From: an uncultured delta proteobacterium
Lineage (GTDB): Bacteria; Myxococcota; B64-G9
DNA length: 64,000 bases
Direction: 5' to 3'
Assembly: GCA_963754925.1 (NCBI GenBank)
Contig: CAVWHX010000004.1
Coordinates: 1,344,001 to 1,408,000, forward strand
Shown here: in pieces, positions 50,325-58,988 of the stretch
Position numbering within the stretch: position 1 is the stretch's first letter
How the letters are laid out: every line of letters begins with the position of its first letter
Program-made: the position numbers and the translations under genes
The notes under the pieces: model-generated
Told to the model about the DNA's origin: nothing
Databases searched by the model: none
The model's input: only the letters and a program-made list of their open reading frames with translations

Positions 50325-52901
50325 ATGACCGTTGTCCTTGCCGACTATTTGGTGCAACAAAACCTGGTGAGCGTCGGGGCGATGGATGCGCTCCTGAAGC
50401 GTCAGTCTATCGCCGGCGGATCGCTGGATATCAATCTTCTTGAGGAGGGTTTGTTGGACGAGGCTTCGCTCACGCGAGCTCTCGCTGATGTCTATCATCT
50501 TCCGGCAGCCACCACCGATCTGCTCGAACGCCACGACACGCGCATACCTAATATATTTCCAGCACGACTGGCGCAAAAATATCAAGTTGCTCCGGTGGCC
50601 CTCAGTGGCCGCACGCTCCTGTTGCTCGCCTCAACCCGCCTGCATCCGCTGGTCGAGGAGGAGATTGGCTTTATGTTGAGCGTCTCGATAAAAACCAGCG
50701 TCGTGTGCGAGGTCCGCTTGCGCCTGTTGCAGCGCGATTGGATGGGTCTCGAAATCGAGCCGCGCTACGTTGCCCTCGCCGAACGCCTGGGCAGGTACCC
50801 GATCGGACCCCCCCCCGGACCTACCGCCGATGCGGCGCCGGAGGACCAGCAAGCGCCAACCGGCGAACGTGCCGCCTCGGACACGGTTCAGGTCGAACCG
50901 GACGCTGCGGAACCTGAACCTACCGTTGCCGAGGAACAACCCTCCGCCGAAATCACGCTCTCCGATAGACTCAGTCTTGATGCCGCTACCCGCGGTTGCC
51001 TGCAGGCCAGTTCGCGTGATGAGATTGTAGACATTACGTTGCGCTTTGCACACCAGTTCCTGTCCTACGTTGGATTGTTCGTCATCAGCAATGAACAGAT
51101 TCTTGGTTGGAACGCGATGGGCATCCCCGAATCCCGCGAGCGCATTCGTACCGTGCGCTTGCCAATTAATTCACCGTCCGTATTGCGCACGGTGATGCAA
51201 ACCAGGGCCCACTTCCTCGGGCCGGTGCCTTCCTCAGGAATCAACGATGAGCTCTTGCGTGCGATGGGCCGCGATAACCCTCGCAATGTCCTGATTGTGC
51301 CGCTCACCCTCCAGGATCACCTGCTGGGAATGTTCTTTGGTGACGACGGCGAGCATTCAATTCAAACCAGTCGGCTGACGGAATTACTGGTATTTATCAA
51401 TCGGCTGGCTCCGGCTTTCGAGCAGTTAATCCATCAACGCAAGAGTCACGTCGCAGCACAGCTGCCGGTGGAGTCACCTCAGAAGCAACCGAAGCCTGAA
51501 CCTCGGCCGTTGGCTGAAGAAACGGTGCTATCGGAAGCTGCTCCTTACCAAAATGGTTTGATCCCTATGCAAGAGGAGCCGGCAGTTGCAGCAGGAGAAG
51601 TGGTTCTATCATCAACCATGGTTCCCCTGCAGCAAGAGGCGCCTCATAAGCCTGAGTCGATGACCGTTGAGCCATCCGATGAAACGGCTCCCCTCGCGGT
51701 GCCCGTTCCCGAGGGCGAGGCGGCGGTGACGGTGGTGAACAGCAGCGCCGAGCTCGGTGCATTCCAACCAATGCCCATGGTATCGGTTTCTGATGAAGGC
51801 GCTCCAACGCAATCGGTAACCGCTGCCCCACGGGTCACCGAAAGTCCCGTGGAATTTTCAGTGCGTGCGGCCCCCCCCGCGCGGAGCTTTCCGCGTGAGG
51901 CGCCCATGCTCGACCTCGATACCCCGAGCACCCAATCTGCTCAGGGCGAAAAACTGTTGTCCCGGGGTGTGCCGGAACCAGAAGGACAAGAACCGCAGGC
52001 GAAGCCGCAGCCTCAAGCCGCCGCAGGGGTAGACGATGCGGTCAACATCGCGCGGCTTACGGACGACCTTATTTGTGGTGAGCCGATGCGCATGGAGCGC
52101 GCGCGCGAACATCTGACGCGGATAGGGAGTATGGCGGTGCCAGCTCTTATGGAGCGGTTTCCCGGCCATTTGACCTTTGAAATACGAGGTAATAACGATC
52201 ATATTCCGCCGGTCGCCGAGCATGGCGAACTGTTGCGCTGTCTGGTGGAGATAGGCTCGGACGCTGCCGAGGCGATTGCAAAACGCCTCGACGATCCCAA
52301 ACGTCGCGTGCGCTATTACGCGGTAAAGCTGCTTGGGGTGATCTCATATCCGGCGGCAGTTGCGCGGCTTGCCCAACGCCTGTTCGACCGCGAGGTGCAG
52401 GTTCGGCTAGCCACCCTCGAGACCTTGGCAACCTATCGGCAGACCCTCCAATTCAGCGCTATGTTGCTCGGATTACGAGCGAAATTGGAACAAACAAACC
52501 CAGACCAACAGGCCATCGCCGCCGCTTTGCTGGGTAACTTCAAAGATCGGAACGCTGTGCCTATTCTGATTAAACTGATTAAGTCATCGCACAAAATGGT
52601 TCGGCGTGCGGCGATTGAGTCGCTCAGTTTCATCACGAAAAAAGATTTTGATGCCAACCAGCGCAAATGGTTGAAGTGGTGGGAGCTGCATGGCAGTGAG
52701 CATCGAATACAATGGCTGATTGAGGGGCTGCGGTCGAATAACCGCGATGTTCGTTTTTCGTCCTCTCAGGAGCTTACTCAATTAACCGGGGAGTATTTTG
52801 GTTACTACTATGATTCGGGGAAGAAGGAGCTCGAACGCGCCGTCCTCCAGTGGGAGGCCTGGTGGAACGAAAAGGGTCGACGTTTAAAGTTCGACGACTG
52901 A
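50325..52901 (+). CDS. FrgA-like multidomain protein: MshEN/T2SSE_N-like N-terminus, GAF-like domain, low-complexity linker, HEAT repeats
   Basis: LADYLVQQNLV...RQ...GGSLDINLLE.GL; LA.KY.VAPV; HEAT repeats; W..WW motifs. Confidence 0.65.
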   Translation: MTVVLADYLVQQNLVSVGAMDALLKRQSIAGGSLDINLLEEGLLDEASLTRALADVYHLPAATTDLLERHDTRIPNIFPARLAQKYQVAPVALSGRTLLLLASTRLHPLVEEEIGFMLSVSIKTSVVCEVRLRLLQRDWMGLEIEPRYVALAERLGRYPIGPPPGPTADAAPEDQQAPTGERAASDTVQVEPDAAEPEPTVAEEQPSAEITLSDRLSLDAATRGCLQASSRDEIVDITLRFAHQFLSYVGLFVISNEQILGWNAMGIPESRERIRTVRLPINSPSVLRTVMQTRAHFLGPVPSSGINDELLRAMGRDNPRNVLIVPLTLQDHLLGMFFGDDGEHSIQTSRLTELLVFINRLAPAFEQLIHQRKSHVAAQLPVESPQKQPKPEPRPLAEETVLSEAAPYQNGLIPMQEEPAVAAGEVVLSSTMVPLQQEAPHKPESMTVEPSDETAPLAVPVPEGEAAVTVVNSSAELGAFQPMPMVSVSDEGAPTQSVTAAPRVTESPVEFSVRAAPPARSFPREAPMLDLDTPSTQSAQGEKLLSRGVPEPEGQEPQAKPQPQAAAGVDDAVNIARLTDDLICGEPMRMERAREHLTRIGSMAVPALMERFPGHLTFEIRGNNDHIPPVAEHGELLRCLVEIGSDAAEAIAKRLDDPKRRVRYYAVKLLGVISYPAAVARLAQRLFDREVQVRLATLETLATYRQTLQFSAMLLGLRAKLEQTNPDQQAIAAALLGNFKDRNAVPILIKLIKSSHKMVRRAAIESLSFITKKDFDANQRKWLKWWELHGSEHRIQWLIEGLRSNNRDVRFSSSQELTQLTGEYFGYYYDSGKKELERAVLQWEAWWNEKGRRLKFDD

Positions 52902-53198
52902 CCCTTGAACGCATAGTTTCTGGGAACCAAGCCACCCGCGCTCCCGCGGCCGGCGCGTGATGTTCCTTTTTCAGGGAGTCTGTTCTCCATCGATGGTTGG
53001 ATGGACGAGACATTTGTAGCGTGGGCGCGAAAGGCACAACGCTCCATCGAAAGCATTGACGCTTTCTCCCTGCCATCATAGGGCCACTGGGCATCGTCTC
53101 CGCAGAAGAAACGATTGCGTACGATCGATACCCCTCACGTCTCACCGTTTAGGTGTTGGTGGAGTTAACGTGAGGTGTGCAGTATCTTATCCTATGGG

Positions 53199-53501
53199 CT
53201 AGCGATCGCCACCACCCCGTCGTCCACCGCCACCCGGACGATTGGGGCGTTTACCTTTATCCTCGGCTTCGTTGACCTTAATCGTACGGCCGTCAAGGTC
53301 GGATCCGTCCATCTCGCCGATAGCATTCTGGGCATGCTGTTCATCAGCGAAGGTGACAAATCCGAAACCGCGGGAACGGCCTGTCTCGCGATCCGTGATA
53401 ACCTTGGCGTCGGTCACTTCTCCGAATTTCTCGAACGCCTTACGCAACCCTTCATCATTGGTTCCCCAGCTCAGGCCGCCCACAAATAGTTTCTTCGGCA
53501 T
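53199..53501 (-). CDS. RRM RNA-binding protein
   Basis: RNP2 LFVGGL, RNP1 RGFGFVTF, Gly/Arg tail. Confidence 0.95.
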   Translation of the reverse strand: MPKKLFVGGLSWGTNDEGLRKAFEKFGEVTDAKVITDRETGRSRGFGFVTFADEQHAQNAIGEMDGSDLDGRTIKVNEAEDKGKRPNRPGGGGRRGGGDR

Positions 53502-53694
53502 ACTAGTAACACTCCTCTTCCTGTCGGCCGTAGAGGCCACGTCTCAGGCAACCCCAATGGTTGCCCCTCACATATATATTTCATACAACAAAACGGTTAG
53601 TCATGCAATCAAATATTTTATATTGCATATGATAGGATTATATTCGCAATATTAACCCCATGTTAATAATGACGCAAACGCATACAGGTGAAGG

Positions 53695-54819
53695 ATGATA
53701 CTTCGTGAGGGACCTGTCGATCAAGAAAACCTCTCTTCCCTAGTCGGTGCCTACCGCGAGCGTTGCACGCGATTAGCCGAGATCATGAGCGGTGGGAGCA
53801 GACTGGTTATTTTCCTGCATGATAACCCCGATCCCGATAGTATTGCCGCCGGTCTCATGCTCCTCCGTATCGCCGAGCAATTACAGGTCCGCGCTCAGAT
53901 GGTCTACGGCGGAAAACTTGCACGCGCTGAAAATCGAACGCTCGTGAAACTGCTGAAAATCCCGTTGCGCAGTTTGGAGCGGATGCGGTTTCGCCACCAC
54001 CCGTCCGATCGGTATGCTCTGATTGATACACAGCCTAAAACCGGCAATAACTCCTTTCCCCTATCATTGCATGCCCATATTGTCGTCGATCATCACCCGC
54101 AGCGCAAAAACTATACCGCCGACTTTATCGATGTTCGCCCTGAGGTAGGCAGCACAACAACTATTCTCCTGGAGTACCTTGAGGAGTGCGGCGTTAAACT
54201 GGACCCAACGCTCGCCACGGCCGCCGCCTATGCGATAAGCTCGGAAACCCAGGATCTCGAGCGCGAGGCTGGCCGCACCGATCGTGAATACTATCAGCGC
54301 TTGTTCCCATTGGTACGCCAGACGATCCTCGGCCGAATCCGCCACCCGCGGCGACAGCGAGCATATTACCAGACTATTGCTCGCGCCATGAAGAAGGTGC
54401 TGGTCTCGAAACATACCTGTGTGTGTCATATCGGAGAAGTCCCGCACGCCGAGATTGTTGCGGAGGTAGCTGATTTTCTAGCGGCCATGGAACGGGTGAG
54501 TTGGTGTTTGGTGACAGGCTTCTGCCCGCCGAACATGGTGCTGTCGTTACGTTCGCGGCGTGTCAGGGGAAATGCCGAGCGGGTCATGCGCCGCATGTTG
54601 GGCAAGTTGGGTCATGGCGGCGGTCATGGTATGATGGCTGGTGGATTGGCACCCTGTGAGCGGAATGAGGACTATCTCAATCTGGCTACGCTTGTTACCG
54701 AGCGCTTCTTCAACTCTCTATCGATGAAAGTCGGCCAACGGCTTCAACCCTTGCTCGAGGAGGGCGAGTTGAAACAGAATAATTCCGTCGTGCCGCCATC
54801 GTCGACTAAGGCTTCATAG
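53695..54819 (+). CDS. DHH-family phosphoesterase
   Basis: HDNPDPDSIA, VDHH, GGGH..MAGG. Confidence 0.9.
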   Translation: MILREGPVDQENLSSLVGAYRERCTRLAEIMSGGSRLVIFLHDNPDPDSIAAGLMLLRIAEQLQVRAQMVYGGKLARAENRTLVKLLKIPLRSLERMRFRHHPSDRYALIDTQPKTGNNSFPLSLHAHIVVDHHPQRKNYTADFIDVRPEVGSTTTILLEYLEECGVKLDPTLATAAAYAISSETQDLEREAGRTDREYYQRLFPLVRQTILGRIRHPRRQRAYYQTIARAMKKVLVSKHTCVCHIGEVPHAEIVAEVADFLAAMERVSWCLVTGFCPPNMVLSLRSRRVRGNAERVMRRMLGKLGHGGGHGMMAGGLAPCERNEDYLNLATLVTERFFNSLSMKVGQRLQPLLEEGELKQNNSVVPPSSTKAS

Positions 54820-55037
54820 TTCGTGGACGGTTGCGGTCTTCTAACGACCAACATTTCTATGAATACCAGGGTGTTGCCTAGAGCAAAGGGGGTTGTTGCG
54901 AGCGTCTCCACTTCATCCTTGCCTTAATCATCTAATTCCTGTACTTAGAATCAAATCACTCTGGTGTTCTTTTATGAAGATTTCCAGAGTTAAAAAGGTG
55001 ATTACCGGACATCACGGATCAGGGTAACGGCGGCGTC

Positions 55038-56801
55038 ATGGTGCGGCGAGTAGAAGACAAGCAGTCGGAAAAGAATCCCCGGCAGACGGTACCGCCTGCG
55101 GATGTTCGACCAACTGAAGCGCCTGCGGATGTGCGTGAACGCATAGTCTTTCTTGAGTGCCGTTGCGAGCAGTTGGCTGCTGCCAACGAGGTCGCCCAAG
55201 CAGAACTGGCGTACACACGAAAATCCCTTGCGGTCGCTGAGCAGCGTGAAGCCGCTTGTGTCGCGCAACAACAAGGTGTGCAGGCGCTGTTGGATGAGAA
55301 GATTCGCGTCCTGGCCGAGCAGTCGCGCCGTCTGACTGAATCCGAGGCGCTGCGGCTGGCCATCGAGGCCCGCCAGAAGTCAGGTGAGGAAGAGCTGCGT
55401 GCCCAGGTGCGTTCGGCACGAATGGAACTTGAACAGAAAAAGCGAGATATCGCGATGCTGTCCAGCAAGCTCGAGGATGCGCGCGCCCGAATAGAGACGC
55501 TCGACCGTTCCCACGAACGCCTCTATACGAAGCTGTTCGAGTGGCATAGCCTGGTGCAAGCGGGTACGCCCGACGCGATCGACCTCGCTGAGTTCATTGC
55601 CGAGTTGCGGGCCGAGGTGCTTTCACTCGAGCGGCTCCTCGCTCGCTCTGAGGCTCGCGAACGAGCGCTCGCCGCGGTGTTGGGCGCGGCGGGTGTTGAT
55701 TCAGTTCTCGCGGCCGAATCGTCTGCAGTCGATCCGGCAACGCAGCGCGCTCCTGCTCCGGAGGCCGTGCCACCGGACGCGCCGGCAGCGGGTGCATTTA
55801 CGCAGGGGGACGTGGCGACTATTCTGGCCGCGGTTCCGCGGCCGTCCGATCGGGTGATGGTCGAGCGTTTTCTACAGGAACTCACTGGCCCTGCCGGGAA
55901 TGGTTTTGAAGGCACCCGGCTCCGGGCAGGAAGCCGACTGGTCGAACTGGTTGGCCCGGTGGCAGCGCCCTGCGTCGCCAGCGTCGCCGACAGCACCCTC
56001 GATCCGGGATCGCGGGCGCAACTCGTGCGGATACTTGGTAAAGCTGCCGACGTTCAGGTTTTGCCCGTGGCCGCGCGGTTTCTTTCTGACCCGCAGCCTG
56101 AGGTACGCATTGCAGCGCTCGATGCCTGTGCGAAGCTTGCCGGTACGCAGTCGAGCGAACGTCTTGAGCTCGTTGAGCGCGGCCTGCATGATCCTGACGC
56201 GCGGGTTCGGCGCCGCGCGCTCGTACACCTTTCCGCCGTGCGCGGGCTGGATCCGGGACCGCGCTGTGCCTGCATGCTTCGCGATCCCGACCCGCTCACC
56301 CGCCGACTCGCCTGTGTTACCCTGGCGGGGACCCATGATCTCGAGGCGGCGCTCGCCGTGCTCGACGCCCTCTTTGATGTTGATGATCAGGTGTGTCGAG
56401 CGGCTGCCGTGGCCCTCGAACAGATTTTCGGCCAGTCGGTGAGTGCGCTCTTGACCATACCGTACGACAAACGACGTGAGAGCGTAGCGCGGTTGCACTC
56501 CTATTTTTCGGCTATCCGCGAACGATTGGCCCCTCAGGGACGGTTGCAATCGGCCGAGATGCTTTCGCAGGTGCTGCCGTCGCTTCTGGGGAGCGAATTT
56601 TTTACCGATCTACCGCCGTCGGGAGCCCAGCCTACGTTTGAGGCGATAGGTGAGGTGTTACAAGAATCACTTTCCGGCTGTACGCCGGAGACGATAGCTC
56701 GAGAGTTGGGGTGCGATCTTGATGGCCTCTCGAACCTCGTGCGGGAATACGTGCGGGCCGGTCTCCTGCTCAGGAGGGGCGAGAAACTCTTTTTACCGTG
56801 A
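55038..56801 (+). CDS. pomY: PomY-like protein (coiled coil + HEAT repeats)
   Basis: N-terminal coiled coil, DLAEFIAELRAEV, HEAT repeats (DPQPEVRIAA, DPDARVRRRA); immediately upstream of the ParA gene. Confidence 0.7.
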   Translation: MVRRVEDKQSEKNPRQTVPPADVRPTEAPADVRERIVFLECRCEQLAAANEVAQAELAYTRKSLAVAEQREAACVAQQQGVQALLDEKIRVLAEQSRRLTESEALRLAIEARQKSGEEELRAQVRSARMELEQKKRDIAMLSSKLEDARARIETLDRSHERLYTKLFEWHSLVQAGTPDAIDLAEFIAELRAEVLSLERLLARSEARERALAAVLGAAGVDSVLAAESSAVDPATQRAPAPEAVPPDAPAAGAFTQGDVATILAAVPRPSDRVMVERFLQELTGPAGNGFEGTRLRAGSRLVELVGPVAAPCVASVADSTLDPGSRAQLVRILGKAADVQVLPVAARFLSDPQPEVRIAALDACAKLAGTQSSERLELVERGLHDPDARVRRRALVHLSAVRGLDPGPRCACMLRDPDPLTRRLACVTLAGTHDLEAALAVLDALFDVDDQVCRAAAVALEQIFGQSVSALLTIPYDKRRESVARLHSYFSAIRERLAPQGRLQSAEMLSQVLPSLLGSEFFTDLPPSGAQPTFEAIGEVLQESLSGCTPETIARELGCDLDGLSNLVREYVRAGLLLRRGEKLFLP

Positions 56802-56852
56802 AGCCGCAGTAACTGGCAGGTTAGTGAAAACCTTAATATTTATGGGGCGGTA

Positions 56853-57824
56853 GTGGAGCAAATCACCTTTACCCGTTTTCGATTCGCGCAGATCCTTGGT
56901 CTCACCGAGGATGAGTTGGTAAGCGCCGATTTGAGAATGAGAAAAAACTCGGATGAACAACATCCGGTTCGTTACCAACCGAACGATCTTTCGGTCTACC
57001 GGGCCGAACTAAATCTGCGCCCGATGGCGCGTCCGCCGCGGCGCCAGCTCTTTCTCAACTTCAAGGGAGGAACCGGCAAGACCAGCCTGTCCACCTCGTA
57101 TGCCTATCGTTTGGCAGAGATGGGTCACCGCGTTCTGGTGGTTGATCTCGATTCGCAGGGTCACGCTTCCAAGTGCTTGGGCTATGAAACTGAAGATCAC
57201 GAGAAGACCCTGTTCGATGTCTTGGTTAAGAAGCGGCCGCTGTCCGAGGTCGTGATCGAAAGTCCGCTCAAAGAGCTCAGTTTTGTACCCTCGAACTTAC
57301 GCATGAGTACGGTTGACCTTTCCCTGATGCCGCTGAACGCACGTGAGTTCCGCTTACGCATGGCGCTCGACGATCTCCCCCAAACGTACGAATTCATCAT
57401 AATGGACGCTCCGCCCTCCTTCGGCCTTTTGAATCTCAATGCCATTGTGGCAGCTGACGATCTCTTCATCCCGGTGATTGCCGACTTTCTATCGTTCCAT
57501 GGCCTGAAGCTTCTGTTTGAGACCGTATCCGGCATCGAGCAAGACCTCCAACTGTTGCTCGATCGGATCTTTGTGGTCATAAATCTCTATAACCCGACGA
57601 CGCGTATTGCTCGCGAGGCGCGTCTGGCGCTTGAGAAATATTACGCGGAGTACCTTCTCAAAACCGTGATTCGACAATGTACTAAATTCGCGCAGGCATC
57701 CAGCGAGGGCCATCCGATCTCTGTTTTCGATCCCACCAGCAAGGGGGCCGAAGATATCGAGCGGCTGATCGCAGAGGTCCTACCGCTCACGCTGGTTGCC
57801 AAGCAAAAGGAGTCAAGAGCATGA
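56853..57824 (+). CDS. pomZ: PomZ-like ParA/MinD ATPase
   Basis: Deviant Walker A LNFKGGTGKTS, DLDSQG, DAPP, PVIADFLSFHGLKLLFETV; N-terminal extension; gene context. Confidence 0.8.
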   Translation: MEQITFTRFRFAQILGLTEDELVSADLRMRKNSDEQHPVRYQPNDLSVYRAELNLRPMARPPRRQLFLNFKGGTGKTSLSTSYAYRLAEMGHRVLVVDLDSQGHASKCLGYETEDHEKTLFDVLVKKRPLSEVVIESPLKELSFVPSNLRMSTVDLSLMPLNAREFRLRMALDDLPQTYEFIIMDAPPSFGLLNLNAIVAADDLFIPVIADFLSFHGLKLLFETVSGIEQDLQLLLDRIFVVINLYNPTTRIAREARLALEKYYAEYLLKTVIRQCTKFAQASSEGHPISVFDPTSKGAEDIERLIAEVLPLTLVAKQKESRA

Positions 57825-58987
57825 AAGGCGCTTTTGATGCAAACCTTCCGCGTACGAAACCGCTCACCCGACGAAACGCAAAATCTCTCGAAGAGCCCCC
57901 CGTGGGTGCGCAGCCGGCCGAGAACGACATAACGACTCTCGCGCGGTCAGGCTTGCCGTTGGATGTAGCGTTTGATCCCGAAGCCGCGGCCCAGAAACTC
58001 GTGGCCCATATGAAAACTCGCGTCCGCAAAGAGCGCAACAAGATTCGGTCATCGTCGCAGACGACCACCGCCACGCCGCTGGCCGGGCAAGTGCTCGCGG
58101 GGTCGGCGCCCGTTGGCGATGAGGCGTTGCAGCCCACCATCCCCGGGCGTCTGGCGATGGAAGCCCTTCTGGCTCAGCAGCGGGAGGCCCCCACGGCGAA
58201 ACCCGCTGGTGTGACACAGACCCCCTCCCCTCAAACGCCCCAACCGACCGCCGCGATGCCCGCTCGATCAACGGCAACGCAGCGGCCTGCTCAGGCGAGC
58301 GCGGCAACCATCAGCCTGCCCGGAACCGAGATCCTGACGCAAGGCCGCGCTCGGATCGGACAGCTCCGTGATCGGCTCCACGCGAGCTCTCAGGCGCGCA
58401 CTGCCCAGACGGGCAGCGAACCCTGGGCCACGGCCGAGGCCACGCGCCAAGCCGTGGACTCCTTTCGGGCCCGCGTCAGCGCGGTAACGCGAGAGCGCGA
58501 CGCCCTGACCGAGGCGCTGCAGCTTATCCGAACCGAGCTCGATCAAACCAAGAAAGAACTAGCCGCCAAGAATCAGGCGTGTGCTGCGGCCGAGGCACTG
58601 GCAAATGAGCGCATCCAGCTCGCCAATACCTTGCTCTCTGAGGTCGAGGTGCTCGCTGACGAGCGCGATCAAGCGCTCGTGCGCATTAGCGAGCTCAAGG
58701 GGCTCGACGAGCAACAGATGCGATTATTGGCCGAGGCCGAGGCGGCGCTTACCCAACGCGATGAGCAGTTGGTGTGCATGCAGAAGACCGAGGCGGAGTT
58801 GCACGCGGCCGTGAGCGCCCGTACCGACGACATTGAACGGCTCACCGCCCGCCTTGCCGAACGTACCGGCGAGCGGGACCTGTTGATGGATCGCATCACG
58901 CGCCTTGAGGCCGAGGTGCACGGGCTGAACGATTCCCGCGGCGCGTTGGTGGAAATTAAACGCCTGCTGGATTCCGCTAAGGTTTGA
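57821..58987 (+). CDS. pomX: PomX-like protein
   Basis: N-terminal MKGAFDANLPRTKP resembles the PomX activating peptide; Ala/Pro-rich middle; C-terminal coiled coil. Confidence 0.72.
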   Translation: MKGAFDANLPRTKPLTRRNAKSLEEPPVGAQPAENDITTLARSGLPLDVAFDPEAAAQKLVAHMKTRVRKERNKIRSSSQTTTATPLAGQVLAGSAPVGDEALQPTIPGRLAMEALLAQQREAPTAKPAGVTQTPSPQTPQPTAAMPARSTATQRPAQASAATISLPGTEILTQGRARIGQLRDRLHASSQARTAQTGSEPWATAEATRQAVDSFRARVSAVTRERDALTEALQLIRTELDQTKKELAAKNQACAAAEALANERIQLANTLLSEVEVLADERDQALVRISELKGLDEQQMRLLAEAEAALTQRDEQLVCMQKTEAELHAAVSARTDDIERLTARLAERTGERDLLMDRITRLEAEVHGLNDSRGALVEIKRLLDSAKV

Positions 58988-58988
58988 C

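Noticed and set aside
56853..57824. ParA as a chromosome or plasmid partition gene
   Set aside because: No parB or parS nearby; flanking genes fit the Pom arrangement
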